From Candidatus Omnitrophota bacterium (lineage in GTDB: Bacteria > Omnitrophota > Gorgyraeia > Aquiviventales > Aquiviventaceae): a stretch of 64,000 nt of DNA. The position numbers were made by a program, and so were the translations under genes. Positions within the stretch are counted from its first letter, which is position 1, and every line of letters starts with the position of its first letter. The stretch is from assembly GCA_023247275.1 (NCBI GenBank), contig JAHFGT010000001.1, forward strand, positions 6,265-70,264, read 5' to 3'. Below are positions 9,801 to 19,636 of the stretch, piece by piece. Under the pieces are notes generated by a model that did not search any database, was not told the DNA's origin, and worked only from the letters and a program-made list of their open reading frames with translations.

Positions 9801-10597
9801 GCGGCGGTCTTCGCCTTCGATCCGATCACCAACACATACCGGCCACACGTCGCCGGCTCACCGAGTTGCAGCTCAAGATCCAACCACTGGGCTCGCTGCG
9901 CCTCGGTCAATGTCTGCGGGCTAATGCCAGTCAACCAGGACAACCGATCGATCGGGTATAGGTTGATCGCTGGGACATCAACCGACGCGTACAACTCGCG
10001 GAGTTGTTGTTCATCTTGCCAGTTGTAGTACTTGCTGTCTCGAAACGACCCTTCGCTATCGTGGAGGACGCGTGCCGCCGTGGGTAAATCATACAACCGA
10101 ACCGCTTCCAGCAGATAGTAAAATGTTGTCCGGTGAGACACGCACAGCAACCCTCCAGGCCGGACCGCACCGGCTAATGCGGCTAGCATCGGCCGGTACT
10201 GCGCCGACAAATACAACACTTCGGCGCAGACAACAATATCATAGCGGGATTCAGGCCTCTTACGCAGCACCTCCACCAGGTCGCCTCGGATGAGTTTGAG
10301 GTCCACCCCAGCGTGCTGGGCATGCTCTCTGGCTCGACGGATCGCAAACCCGGATGTATCAATCCCGGTCACGTGAAACCCGCGCTGAGCAAACCGTACC
10401 GCCAGCCGACCGGCCTGACATCCAGCCTCGAGCAGCGTGGCCGGTGACGTGAGCCCGGCGTTGGCCGCGTGGCGCAACACCCGTTCGAGATACAGCTGAG
10501 CAAACCATGCCTCATTCGCATCTGCATACATATCATAGTAATCTGGGTCATAGTCTGCCACGGTTCGGAGAATCTTCCGCACGGTCTTATGCATCAC
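9797..10597 (-). CDS. Class I SAM-dependent methyltransferase
   Basis: 266 aa with motif I LEAGCQAGRLAVRFAQRGFHVTGIDTS. Confidence 0.75.
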   Translation of the reverse strand: MMHKTVRKILRTVADYDPDYYDMYADANEAWFAQLYLERVLRHAANAGLTSPATLLEAGCQAGRLAVRFAQRGFHVTGIDTSGFAIRRAREHAQHAGVDLKLIRGDLVEVLRKRPESRYDIVVCAEVLYLSAQYRPMLAALAGAVRPGGLLCVSHRTTFYYLLEAVRLYDLPTAARVLHDSEGSFRDSKYYNWQDEQQLRELYASVDVPAINLYPIDRLSWLTGISPQTLTEAQRAQWLDLELQLGEPATCGRYVLVIGSKAKTAA

Positions 10598-12440
10598 GCC
10601 GCTGTTCCCACCGCTTGACGTGTGTCACAAACGTCCCATAGGCTACCAACACGCTCCTGAACCATCCTGGCCAGCCGGCCTGGTATCCCTGTTCCCTGAC
10701 ATAGGTCTGCCAGAAGGTGATGGCCGGGCGCACCCAGAGTCGGCGCGCCAGATTCTGCTGGGGCGTGTCCGCGCCGGTCGCGGCCTCAATGGTGGAACCC
10801 TGATTCATCCGGACCAGATAGCCATCCACCGTCAAGCGCTCATGGGCGAACAGCCCGTGTGGCATCCTGGTCAGTTCCCAGCACTTGGCCGTGTTGATCA
10901 CATGCGTCCAGCTGTTCTGCAGCGCCATCACGCGCCCGTAGACGCCGTCGCGAAATCCCTGTTTCTTGACGTACAGCTTCCAAAATAGCTTGCCCGGACG
11001 TAGGACCCCACGGTACCACAGGTCCCACCGGCTGAACCGCTCGCCGGATTCAGCCCACTGTTGCGCGGCCAAACTGGTATACCGGTTCACCTTGCCGACA
11101 AACTCCTCGAATCGGTCGCAGAACCAGTGTTCGATGTCTGCGTGCAGCACTCCCAGCGGTTCTGGCACATTGGGCCGTTCATGCACCCGCCCCACATACC
11201 GGGCCTTCGAGCGCCGCAGCACATGCGGAATGTAATGGGTCCATGCGCCATAGGCCAGCCGGTGGCCTAAAAACACGCTTTGCCGACGGAACTTGTACGC
11301 ATCGTAGCGTCCATCATCCGTGCGAAGCAGTTGTTCGACCGCTTGCCGCATCTGCGGGGTGACCACATCGTCCGCATCGAGCTGCAGCACCCACTCGCCG
11401 GTCGCGGCATCCAGGCCGGCATTGCGTTCGTCCGCAAAACTTCCACTGAACCGCCGCTGAATCACGCGAGCGCCGTGCTGGCGAGCGATCTCTACGGTGC
11501 GGTCCTCGCTCAGCCCATCCACAACGACGATGTCGTCCACCCACGATAGATGGGAGAGGCATCGGGCGATCCGGCGCTCCTCGTTCTTCGTGAGGATCAC
11601 CACGGACAGACGACTGCGCGCGGCGGGTTGCTGCTGTTGCCCATTGGATTCACCCGACGCAGATGGCGATGCCTGTTGCCTCACCTGCGCGTCCCGGGAA
11701 TCGCGCGGATACCACCCTCGCCAGGCTCCGGCCCGAATCGTAACCAGTTCTTGCAGTGACCGGACGGCATCTCGAATCACGTGCACCTTCGACGACTCAT
11801 CGTTGGACCACACCACCGGCACTTCCTTGATTCGATAGCCGAGGCGGTGCGCGATGAACAAGATTTCTGCGTCAAACCCCCACCCCTCGATGCGTTGCCG
11901 GTCGAAGATCTCGCGCGCCGTCGGGGCGTGGAAGCACTTGAATCCACACGTGATGTCCGTCACCCCAACGGTGAGCAGCTGGTTCGTCAGCCAGGTAAAC
12001 ACTTTTCCCATGAACTCGCGGAGCGGCGGCTGATGAACGCGCACCTGCGCGCCGGCCATTTTCCGCGATCCAATGACCAGGTCATACCCCTGCTCCAGCC
12101 ACGGCGCGCATTTGGCCCACTCCTCAATGCGGGTGGAATGATCAGCGTCCATAAAGAGGATCCGCTGGCCCTGCGCGGCCAAGACCCCGCGCTTGACCGC
12201 CGCTCCTTTGCCGGCGTGCGGTCCGCCCACCACGCGAATCGGAAATCGATCGGCCAGCTCGCGCACAATCATCAGCGTGGAATCGGTACTGCCATCATCC
12301 GCCACGACCATTTCATGCGTCAGTCGTCGCGCGGTGAGATAGGCGCTTACCGATTTCACGGTTGACGCGATCGCGGCTGACTCATTAAAGGCCGGGATCA
12401 CCACCGACAGGTACGGCTGAGGACAACCTTCAACGGTCAT
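10587..12440 (-). CDS. Bifunctional family-2 glycosyltransferase: N-terminal polyprenol-phosphate glycosyltransferase (DPM1/ArnC/GtrB-like) plus a second GT2 domain
   Basis: 617 aa. Domain 1 has VVIPAFNESAAI...VVADDGSTDST...MDADHS. A Q/S-rich linker follows. Domain 2 has LSVVILTKNEERRIARCL...VVVDGLSEDRT. Confidence 0.8.
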   Translation of the reverse strand: MTVEGCPQPYLSVVIPAFNESAAIASTVKSVSAYLTARRLTHEMVVADDGSTDSTLMIVRELADRFPIRVVGGPHAGKGAAVKRGVLAAQGQRILFMDADHSTRIEEWAKCAPWLEQGYDLVIGSRKMAGAQVRVHQPPLREFMGKVFTWLTNQLLTVGVTDITCGFKCFHAPTAREIFDRQRIEGWGFDAEILFIAHRLGYRIKEVPVVWSNDESSKVHVIRDAVRSLQELVTIRAGAWRGWYPRDSRDAQVRQQASPSASGESNGQQQQPAARSRLSVVILTKNEERRIARCLSHLSWVDDIVVVDGLSEDRTVEIARQHGARVIQRRFSGSFADERNAGLDAATGEWVLQLDADDVVTPQMRQAVEQLLRTDDGRYDAYKFRRQSVFLGHRLAYGAWTHYIPHVLRRSKARYVGRVHERPNVPEPLGVLHADIEHWFCDRFEEFVGKVNRYTSLAAQQWAESGERFSRWDLWYRGVLRPGKLFWKLYVKKQGFRDGVYGRVMALQNSWTHVINTAKCWELTRMPHGLFAHERLTVDGYLVRMNQGSTIEAATGADTPQQNLARRLWVRPAITFWQTYVREQGYQAGWPGWFRSVLVAYGTFVTHVKRWEQRRDA

Positions 12441-13972
12441 GGAGTCATCCGTGCAGACACGGCGGCAGGCCGCTGGTGATAGAGGATCACCCGTGGAGCA
12501 TTTAGCACCGTGGCGAAATGGTGTGAGCCAGGATCTTCGCGATTTTGCCAGTAGACATCCGGGGCATCCAGCTCAATACGATCATAGGTCGCTTCGATAC
12601 GCCGGAAATAGTCGCCGAAAAAAAATGCGGCTGGCGTCCACCCGCGGCGAAGCACAATCCATTCTGGATAGGTCTCCTCGGCAAAGGTTGAGGGACGTTC
12701 GACCGTCAGCGCGGTATAGAACAACACGGTCCGATCATCGTACGGAATCTTCACCCGATCGCCAGGATTCGCATGGGCGCGCAGATACGCGACGATCCCT
12801 TCCATCGGGCCGGTATACGCATGCGTCAGCTCATAGCCCAGGTCGACCAGCGGAACGTGCCAATGCGTCGACTGCAATCCGGTAGTGAACAGCGCCAGGA
12901 CGGTGAGCATCCCACCGATGAGCCGAGAACGTTGAATGAGATCCACCAGCCACAGCGCCTCCACGAACACCAGCAAGGGGAGCGTGGGAATCAAGTAGCG
13001 CATATGTCGTTGGTCTGGGATGAGCAGAAACACCAGTTGGGCGCTGATCATGAGGATGACAAACCATCGAGCCGGTGGCCGGATCTGCTGCCACAGTCTG
13101 GCCATGAGCACCTGCCGGCGCGCGCACCAGACGATCAGTCCACTGACCCCCATCGCCGCGATGGGGAGCAAGAACTTGTTGGTGATCCGGATGTAGTATT
13201 CCAGATGGTCGAACAGGCGTCGTGGGTCGACATGGCCCAAAAACGCGGGTCGATAGGTAAAGATCGCCCAGGGCAACGTGAACAGGCCGACGACGATCGC
13301 CCCGATCCAGCCCCACCGGCGCGTCTGCCATCGACCCCACCAACCCTGATGCAGGACAACAGCCACCACAGCAGGAATCCATAGTCCAAAATTAGTATGG
13401 AACAGCAAGACCAGCAACACACTGAGCCAGACCGCCAAGCTTCTGCGCGGGTGTTCGAGCAACGCCAGGTAGGTCTGGCAGATTCCCAAGAGCAGCACGG
13501 TCGTCAGCGCATAGTATCGGCATTGGCGCATGTGCAACAGAAAGGGGACCGAGCAGATGAGCAACGCGACACTGAGCCGTTGGACCCGCCGGTCAGGCAG
13601 CAGCCGACCAGCCAGACGCCAGGTGAGGTACAGGCTTAGCAGCCCGCACGCCGCAAAGGGCAACCGTGCGGTCCAGGTCGATTGACCAGCCACTGCGAAC
13701 ACCGCGGCCAGGAGATAAAAGGGTAACCACGGACTGTAGACCCAGGATTCGCCTGGCCCATATCCATGCGAGGTGATTTCGATATAACTTCGACCGTCAT
13801 ACGCCCGAGGATACCCCTGCGTCACCACCGCCCTGGCCAGCACCGCGGTCTCGGCTTCGTCTTGCCATAAGTAGCCATTGTCCAGATGGCCGAACAGCAA
13901 CCAACACGCGATGGCCAATAGCCCGACGATGACCCAGTCGATCCGGACACGACGCGCCTGGGTCTCACCCAT
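12437..13972 (-). CDS. GT-C fold membrane glycosyltransferase (ArnT / PMT family, GT39/GT83-like)
   Basis: 511 aa, polytopic membrane protein. The N-terminus (YLWQDEAETAVLARAVVTQGYP...) is typical of 4-amino-arabinose or dolichyl-P-mannose protein mannosyltransferases. It is coupled to the upstream ArnC-like GT2. Confidence 0.65.
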   Translation of the reverse strand: MGETQARRVRIDWVIVGLLAIACWLLFGHLDNGYLWQDEAETAVLARAVVTQGYPRAYDGRSYIEITSHGYGPGESWVYSPWLPFYLLAAVFAVAGQSTWTARLPFAACGLLSLYLTWRLAGRLLPDRRVQRLSVALLICSVPFLLHMRQCRYYALTTVLLLGICQTYLALLEHPRRSLAVWLSVLLVLLFHTNFGLWIPAVVAVVLHQGWWGRWQTRRWGWIGAIVVGLFTLPWAIFTYRPAFLGHVDPRRLFDHLEYYIRITNKFLLPIAAMGVSGLIVWCARRQVLMARLWQQIRPPARWFVILMISAQLVFLLIPDQRHMRYLIPTLPLLVFVEALWLVDLIQRSRLIGGMLTVLALFTTGLQSTHWHVPLVDLGYELTHAYTGPMEGIVAYLRAHANPGDRVKIPYDDRTVLFYTALTVERPSTFAEETYPEWIVLRRGWTPAAFFFGDYFRRIEATYDRIELDAPDVYWQNREDPGSHHFATVLNAPRVILYHQRPAAVSARMTP

Positions 13973-14786
13973 CCGCGCGAGAAGCAGATGATTCTCGATA
14001 CTTGGCGTACGAGACGAATTGGTACAGGCCGCCGAACACCGCCGCGAACAACCCCCAAAATCCGTCCCGGTAACCCTGCTTACCGATAAAACTTCGCACG
14101 AACCGATCGATGGTCCGCCACAACGCCTTGCCCAGTGTCACGCGACGTCCGTCACGTACCCACTTCTTGGCCTCTAGCGTGGTCTGCCGGTCCAGCTTCT
14201 GCAAAAAGTCACTGACGCCGCTGTACGAGAAGTGGACCAGGTCAGCGGTCAGCGTGCCCCACGTACCAGTCAGATCAGCTCGAGGATGCACCTCAGCTTC
14301 TTCCCATCGAAACATCGATTTGCGGAACAACTTCAGTTGCGCGCTCGGATACCACCCGCCGTACCGCAGCCAGTGACGCCCAAGATAGTTGCGACGCGGG
14401 ATGGCGTACCCGGCATGCGGACCATCCCCTTGCACCACCTGGGCGATCTGTCTCTGCAATTCCGGGGTCACCCGCTCGTCCGCATCAAGGCTCAACACCC
14501 AGTCATGCACCGCCTGGGCATACGCCCAATTGCGATGCCGACCTTCCATCTCCATCTTGCGTGTGAACACACGTGCGCCAAGCGACTGAGCCATGTGGAC
14601 GGTCGCATCCTGGCTTTCATCGTCAACGATGACCACATCATCAGCCCACCGGACGCTGCGCAGGCAGTCTTCAATCCGACGCGCCTCGTTCTTCGTGATC
14701 ACCACGACTGAGACCGGGTGTTTGTTCGAGCCAAGGGCTGCCGGATCGATCGCTGAGGGTTGTACGTTCATCGGCTGTTCAACCAT
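13965..14786 (-). CDS. Family-2 glycosyltransferase (TKNE type)
   Basis: VSVVVITKNEARRIEDCLRSVRWADDVVIVDDESQD. Confidence 0.8.
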   Translation of the reverse strand: MVEQPMNVQPSAIDPAALGSNKHPVSVVVITKNEARRIEDCLRSVRWADDVVIVDDESQDATVHMAQSLGARVFTRKMEMEGRHRNWAYAQAVHDWVLSLDADERVTPELQRQIAQVVQGDGPHAGYAIPRRNYLGRHWLRYGGWYPSAQLKLFRKSMFRWEEAEVHPRADLTGTWGTLTADLVHFSYSGVSDFLQKLDRQTTLEAKKWVRDGRRVTLGKALWRTIDRFVRSFIGKQGYRDGFWGLFAAVFGGLYQFVSYAKYRESSASRADG

Positions 14787-15891
14787 GGACGATCTCTCCG
14801 CCAGCAGGATTGGCCACGCCGGTCATCGAGAGATGAGTGGGCGACTCGACCTGAGCACGATGCACCGATGCGAAGCCTGCAAAGATGCGTTCCCAACTAG
14901 GTGTGCCGGTCACGATCCGGTGAAACCGTTTTTTCTTCGTCAGCACCCAAGCCAGGATCTTCACGGCACGACCGAGAGAGGAGATCATCTTGGGCACGAT
15001 ATGGAGATGCCGCGGCAACCGATCCGTCGTCGGATCGATCCCAACGACCCAGACCTTATGCCCCCTGTTGGCCAGTTCGCGAATCTGCTCAGGCAACGGA
15101 TCCGGCAACCTGGCCTGCTTCCGTCCGAGGATCCAAGCGATCCGCTGCGGCTTGGCCTGCGGCCACTTGTGGTAAAACCGATTCGCATTGTCAGCAAACC
15201 GCTGATCACGGCTCGGGTCCTGTTTCATCGTCGCGCTGCCATGGTGCCAGACATACGCCCGCTCGGCCACGGCGCAATGAAATCCGGCTTGTCGGACGCG
15301 CAGCGAATAGTCTGCATCCTCGAAATACATGAACTGAAACTCCTCATCGAGGCCGCCGACGGCCTTCAGCACAGGCTGGGGAATCAGCAGGCAAAACCCC
15401 ACACCCCCCCAATGCTCGATCCAGGCATGGGGCTGGTGGCGACATTGCTCGGCAACTGAATCGATCGATTGCTCGGGTTGCGGCGACACGCCGAACTCGT
15501 TGCTCATCGGGTTAATCAGGCCAAGCGATCGATCCGATTCCCCGACACGGATCATCTCCTCCAACCACCCATCGGTCACCAGGATATCGTTGTTCAACAA
15601 GCAAACCCATGGCGCGGTCGCGTTCGCTAACCCGGTATTCATCCCTACCGCATAGCCGTCGTTACGAGGTCGCCGGATCACTTCAACCTGCACCCAGGAG
15701 GTTCCGGTCACCTCATGTAAAAATGCCTGCGAGGCCTGATCCGTGCTGCCATTATCCACGATGATCAGCCGGACCGGCAGCTGGGTCGATTTCAAGATTC
15801 GCTCAACGCACGGTCGGGTCAAGTCGACTCGGTTCCATGTCAACAGAATGAGGTCACAGACGCGCGGAGCGTCAGGTGGGACCGGTATCAT
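14779..15891 (-). CDS. Family-2 glycosyltransferase (paralog A)
   Basis: ILLTWNRVDLTRPCVERI...LIIVDNGSTDQ. The maximal ORF extends to 16011. The Met at 15891 gives a TGATG junction with paralog B. Confidence 0.75.
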   Translation of the reverse strand: MIPVPPDAPRVCDLILLTWNRVDLTRPCVERILKSTQLPVRLIIVDNGSTDQASQAFLHEVTGTSWVQVEVIRRPRNDGYAVGMNTGLANATAPWVCLLNNDILVTDGWLEEMIRVGESDRSLGLINPMSNEFGVSPQPEQSIDSVAEQCRHQPHAWIEHWGGVGFCLLIPQPVLKAVGGLDEEFQFMYFEDADYSLRVRQAGFHCAVAERAYVWHHGSATMKQDPSRDQRFADNANRFYHKWPQAKPQRIAWILGRKQARLPDPLPEQIRELANRGHKVWVVGIDPTTDRLPRHLHIVPKMISSLGRAVKILAWVLTKKKRFHRIVTGTPSWERIFAGFASVHRAQVESPTHLSMTGVANPAGGEIVHG

Positions 15892-17075
15892 CAACCCGGG
15901 TTCATCGCCAAGGGACGAGGTTGCCGCTGTCCGTACACCGTCTGGGCCTGGTTCAGATCGAGCAGTTGAGCGCGATGCACCCTGCGCAGTGCCGCCATCA
16001 TCCGTGCCCACCCAGCGGTCGGTGCCAAGATGAAATTAAACGGTTTCTTGCGCCGTCTGAGGATCCAGGCGGCCGCGGCCCATGGGGCCATTCGATGCGG
16101 AATGTGAAACCAATGGATATCCGCATGCGGCACCAACCCGACCGATTGAAACAACGTCTCCCCGGTCATACCGGACGGGATAGGACAGTAGACATAGACC
16201 ATGGTCCGTCGGCGAGCCCACTTCAGCAGACTGAGCAACCAATCCCGGAGCTCATCAGACCCAGGAACGATCGGCTCGAATCGTGGCCAGGCCAGCCGAA
16301 GTCGCTTGCCCCACCGCTCTTCGCACCACCGGCGGTTTCGCGCGAACAGCGCTTCGCGTTCTGGCATCTTGCTCACGGTCTGGTGTTCGGCATGGAACAC
16401 ATACGAGCCAGCCGCGACCACTGACTGGTACCCGGCCTGTTGAGCGCGCATACAGAAGTCTTCGTCTTCAAAGAAAATTCGCTCCACTTCTTCGTTCAAG
16501 CCGCCGATCCGGTCCATCACCTCGCGTTTAATCAGCATGCAAAATCCGATGCACATCCCGACCTCGGTATACCGGCCATGCAGCGACCGCCGACGCTCCG
16601 CGTACGTATCGAGCGAGATGCCGCGCCCTGGCCGATTGCCAAAGGTATTGCTCGTCGGGTTGACCACCCCAATGGTCGGATGGGTGGCGGCCACATAAAT
16701 CATCTCTCTGAGCCACCCGGTCGTAAAGCGCAGATCATTATTGAGCAGGCAGACATACGGCGCGCGAGATGCCCGGATCCCTTGGTTCATCCCGCGCGGG
16801 AACCCTTCATTCTGCTCGAGCTGCACCAGGGTCACGTCCTTAATCGCACCAGCCGGCCGCACCTGGCGTAACACCTCGCGCACAGGGGGTTCGCTGCCAT
16901 TGTCCACAATGACCAGCCGCGTGGGGAGCTTGGTGCACTGAAACAGGCTCTCCAGACAGGGCTGAGTCTGTTCAAGGTGGTTCCAACTCAGGAGAATCAG
17001 ATCACACAGCGGTTGATTCCGATTTCCTGTATGGACAGGATGCGTTAGCCGCTGCAAGGTCTCCGGGCTGTTCAT
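15891..17075 (-). CDS. Family-2 glycosyltransferase (paralog B)
   Basis: LILLSWNHLEQTQPCLESL...LVIVDNGSEP. Colinear with paralog A, so a tandem duplicate. Confidence 0.75.
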   Translation of the reverse strand: MNSPETLQRLTHPVHTGNRNQPLCDLILLSWNHLEQTQPCLESLFQCTKLPTRLVIVDNGSEPPVREVLRQVRPAGAIKDVTLVQLEQNEGFPRGMNQGIRASRAPYVCLLNNDLRFTTGWLREMIYVAATHPTIGVVNPTSNTFGNRPGRGISLDTYAERRRSLHGRYTEVGMCIGFCMLIKREVMDRIGGLNEEVERIFFEDEDFCMRAQQAGYQSVVAAGSYVFHAEHQTVSKMPEREALFARNRRWCEERWGKRLRLAWPRFEPIVPGSDELRDWLLSLLKWARRRTMVYVYCPIPSGMTGETLFQSVGLVPHADIHWFHIPHRMAPWAAAAWILRRRKKPFNFILAPTAGWARMMAALRRVHRAQLLDLNQAQTVYGQRQPRPLAMNPG

Positions 17076-18235
17076 GGGGTTGGCGAGCTCACGTTCGGGC
17101 GAGCCACACGTGCGGGAGCGTGCTCTCCACTCACCAACCCGAATCGCTCAAGTTCTTGCGCAGCCGACTCCACACGATCCTGCGCCACTTGTTCTGTGCC
17201 CCACTCGACCAGCTTGCGCAGTCCATCTTTGAGCACCACCTTGGGCTGAAACCCGATCGACCGAATCGCGGAGATATCCGCGGCGCAATGACGGATGTCG
17301 CCGGCCCTGAACTTGTGCGTCGGGGTCACTTGGACGTCGACCTGGTACAGCTCAGCCAACAGCCGGGCAATGTCACGGATCGTCACCGGATGTCCGGTCC
17401 CCACATTGAATACCTGGTCATCGGCGCGCGGGTCGGCCATCACGAGCAGGTTGGCCTGCACAATATCGCTCACATGGATGAAATCGCGCGACTGTTGCCC
17501 ATCTTCATACACTAACGGCGGGCGCCCGTTTTTGATTTGAGCCGAGAAGATGGCGCACACCCCGGTGTACGGATTCGACAGCGCTTGCCGCGGGCCGTAC
17601 ACATTAAAGTATCGTAACGCCACCGTCGGAATCCGGTAGCTGCGACCCACCGACAAGCACAGCTCTTCCTGATCGCGCTTCGACACCGCATAGACCGACG
17701 TCGGAGCCAACGGCTTGGATTCTGCGGTGGGGACCGGTGTGGCCGGCTGGTGGCACTGGGGGCAGTCCATCTCCCACCGGTGCTGCGCGAGCTGCGCATC
17801 GGATCGCAATGAGGGAAATACCGGCCCGCACTGCGCGCAACGATACGGTCCTTCCCCATAGATGCTCATCGAACTGGCGACGATCAGCTTTTTTGGCCGG
17901 AGCTGATCGTTGACGATCACATCAAGGAGCACCGCGGTCCCCAGCACGTTGGCCGCGACATACTTCTCGATCTGGTACATGGATTGCCCGACCCCGACCG
18001 CCGCCGCTTCGTGGAAGACCACGTCCATTTGGGCCAGCGCTCGACGCACGGCCTGGCGGTCCCGCACATCGGCGCGCAGGTACTCAGCGCGCGGATTGAG
18101 ATACGTGGGGGGCGTTGTCCCATGCACCTGTGGCTCGAAACTGTCCAGCACGCGGACCTGATGGCCTTGCGCGATCAACGCATCCACCAGATGCGATCCA
18201 ATAAATCCTGCGCCTCCGGTCACGAGAATCTTCAT
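17072..18235 (-). CDS. NAD-dependent nucleotide-sugar epimerase/dehydratase (extended SDR) with an internal Cys4 insertion
   Basis: MKILVTGGAGFIGSHLVDAL and the YAVSK catalytic motif. A roughly 45-aa insert (CAQCGPVF...CPQCHQP) sits between the S and YxxxK regions. The maximal ORF extends to 18301. The MKILVTGG start follows an AGGTGG RBS. Confidence 0.8.
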   Translation of the reverse strand: MKILVTGGAGFIGSHLVDALIAQGHQVRVLDSFEPQVHGTTPPTYLNPRAEYLRADVRDRQAVRRALAQMDVVFHEAAAVGVGQSMYQIEKYVAANVLGTAVLLDVIVNDQLRPKKLIVASSMSIYGEGPYRCAQCGPVFPSLRSDAQLAQHRWEMDCPQCHQPATPVPTAESKPLAPTSVYAVSKRDQEELCLSVGRSYRIPTVALRYFNVYGPRQALSNPYTGVCAIFSAQIKNGRPPLVYEDGQQSRDFIHVSDIVQANLLVMADPRADDQVFNVGTGHPVTIRDIARLLAELYQVDVQVTPTHKFRAGDIRHCAADISAIRSIGFQPKVVLKDGLRKLVEWGTEQVAQDRVESAAQELERFGLVSGEHAPARVARPNVSSPTP

Positions 18236-18386
18236 CCCACCACCTGCCGGCGGCGCGCCCGCAGCGCAACGACGGGGTCGCGCGCCGGGAACGTGCGCCA
18301 TTCAGCACGATAGGCGGGTCTTGAGCGGCTCATCGAATCTCCGTGAAACGTTCCTGACCGCCATCGGCGGTCACCAGCAGGGGGGA

Positions 18387-19235
18387 TCATGCGAGTGGTC
18401 GCGACTCCTTCTCTATGGTCGACACGATCTGTTGGGCACGCTGGCGGTAGGTGTGGTGCTGCAACACGCACGCCTGGCCGGCCGCAGCAATCCGCTCCCG
18501 TTCCTGGTCATGCTGCAGGTAGTACGCCAAGAGCTGAAACAGTTCCTGCGGGGTGTGATACACCACCAGCTCTTGCCGATCATGGAATCCCAGCAACTCA
18601 TAATCTCCATCGCCCAGCGCGTTGGTCAGCAACAAGCGGCCAGCGGCCAGGATTTCATACACCCGCATACTGACATGATCTTTGAGCGGGCTGGTCCGCT
18701 CGATATAGTGGAATCCGATCTTGGCCTGGCTGTACATCGAGGCCATCTGCGTGTGCGGCGCCCTGCCGATGAAGCTGTTCGGATACCGCTCGCGCAGTTC
18801 CTGGAGATACAATTTCCTCGGCACGCCGCCATCATTGCCGACAAAGGCGACATCGTACCGCACCGGTTGACCGGTCCCGCGATGAACCTGAGGATCACAG
18901 GCGAGCGGCACCCAGACCGCTCGCCGGAGCTGCTGGGCCGCCTGGCGCTGCGCGCAAAACACCTTATCATACCATGTTGCCTGCCGCTGGATCGACCGCC
19001 ATGCGTGCGCCAGGTGGGTATCCACCACATAGAACCCGGCCGGCCGCAGCCGGCGCGGCAGGTCGCACGCATAATCGCCATGGTCGATCCGCAAATGTAG
19101 CTGGTATCCGCCTGGGCACTGTTCGGCTGACACGGTACTGAAATGATCCACCTGATGACCCAGGTCGGTGAACGCCCGGTGAAAATAGTCCCCAATGGTG
19201 CCAGGCGATGGATTGTAAAATAACGCGAGCCTCAT
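18387..19235 (-). CDS. CgeB-family glycosyltransferase-like protein (tentative)
   Basis: 282 aa. The C-terminal region resembles the CgeB / GT1-like family. This is a weak call made from memory. Confidence 0.3.
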   Translation of the reverse strand: MRLALFYNPSPGTIGDYFHRAFTDLGHQVDHFSTVSAEQCPGGYQLHLRIDHGDYACDLPRRLRPAGFYVVDTHLAHAWRSIQRQATWYDKVFCAQRQAAQQLRRAVWVPLACDPQVHRGTGQPVRYDVAFVGNDGGVPRKLYLQELRERYPNSFIGRAPHTQMASMYSQAKIGFHYIERTSPLKDHVSMRVYEILAAGRLLLTNALGDGDYELLGFHDRQELVVYHTPQELFQLLAYYLQHDQERERIAAAGQACVLQHHTYRQRAQQIVSTIEKESRPLA

Positions 19236-19636
19236 GGGCAGACCGTTGCAAAGAAGGCTTGGGGCTCGATAGGCTGATCACAATGCCACAGCCTCACCCC
19301 ACCGTCCGAAGATTCCTCGACCGTATAGAGCCGTGATCCGACCCATGGGAACCAGCGGGCAACCCAGTCGGCTGTCTTCGGATTGTCGACCAAGACCGCG
19401 GTCATGGGTCTGCAACTGCCCCACACGAGCATCGCCCAGACGGTCACGCGATACCACAAACGCGGGATCCCGCAGATCTGCATCCCGGGATACGGGGTGA
19501 GCACCTGAATAACCTCTTGCGAGACCACCCCACGAATCACGTGGCGGACCGCGGTCCCCTGCTGACACACCGGGATCGTGAGCTGTCGAGCACCGGCCCA
19601 CCCCTTCTCCACGAGCGACAGGATAGACATCGTCAA
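19232..19636 (-). CDS. Hypothetical protein
   Basis: 134-aa ORF that exactly fills the gap between two genes. It has 4-nt ATGA-type overlaps at both ends. No recognisable motif. Confidence 0.4.
   Translation of the reverse strand: MTMSILSLVEKGWAGARQLTIPVCQQGTAVRHVIRGVVSQEVIQVLTPYPGMQICGIPRLWYRVTVWAMLVWGSCRPMTAVLVDNPKTADWVARWFPWVGSRLYTVEESSDGGVRLWHCDQPIEPQAFFATVCP

Noticed and set aside
18236-18386. 151-nt intergenic gap upstream of the epimerase as a promoter or riboswitch
   Set aside because: It has no convincing -35/-10 pair or conserved riboswitch-like structure. It is probably an internal promoter or spacer, but I cannot support a specific call.
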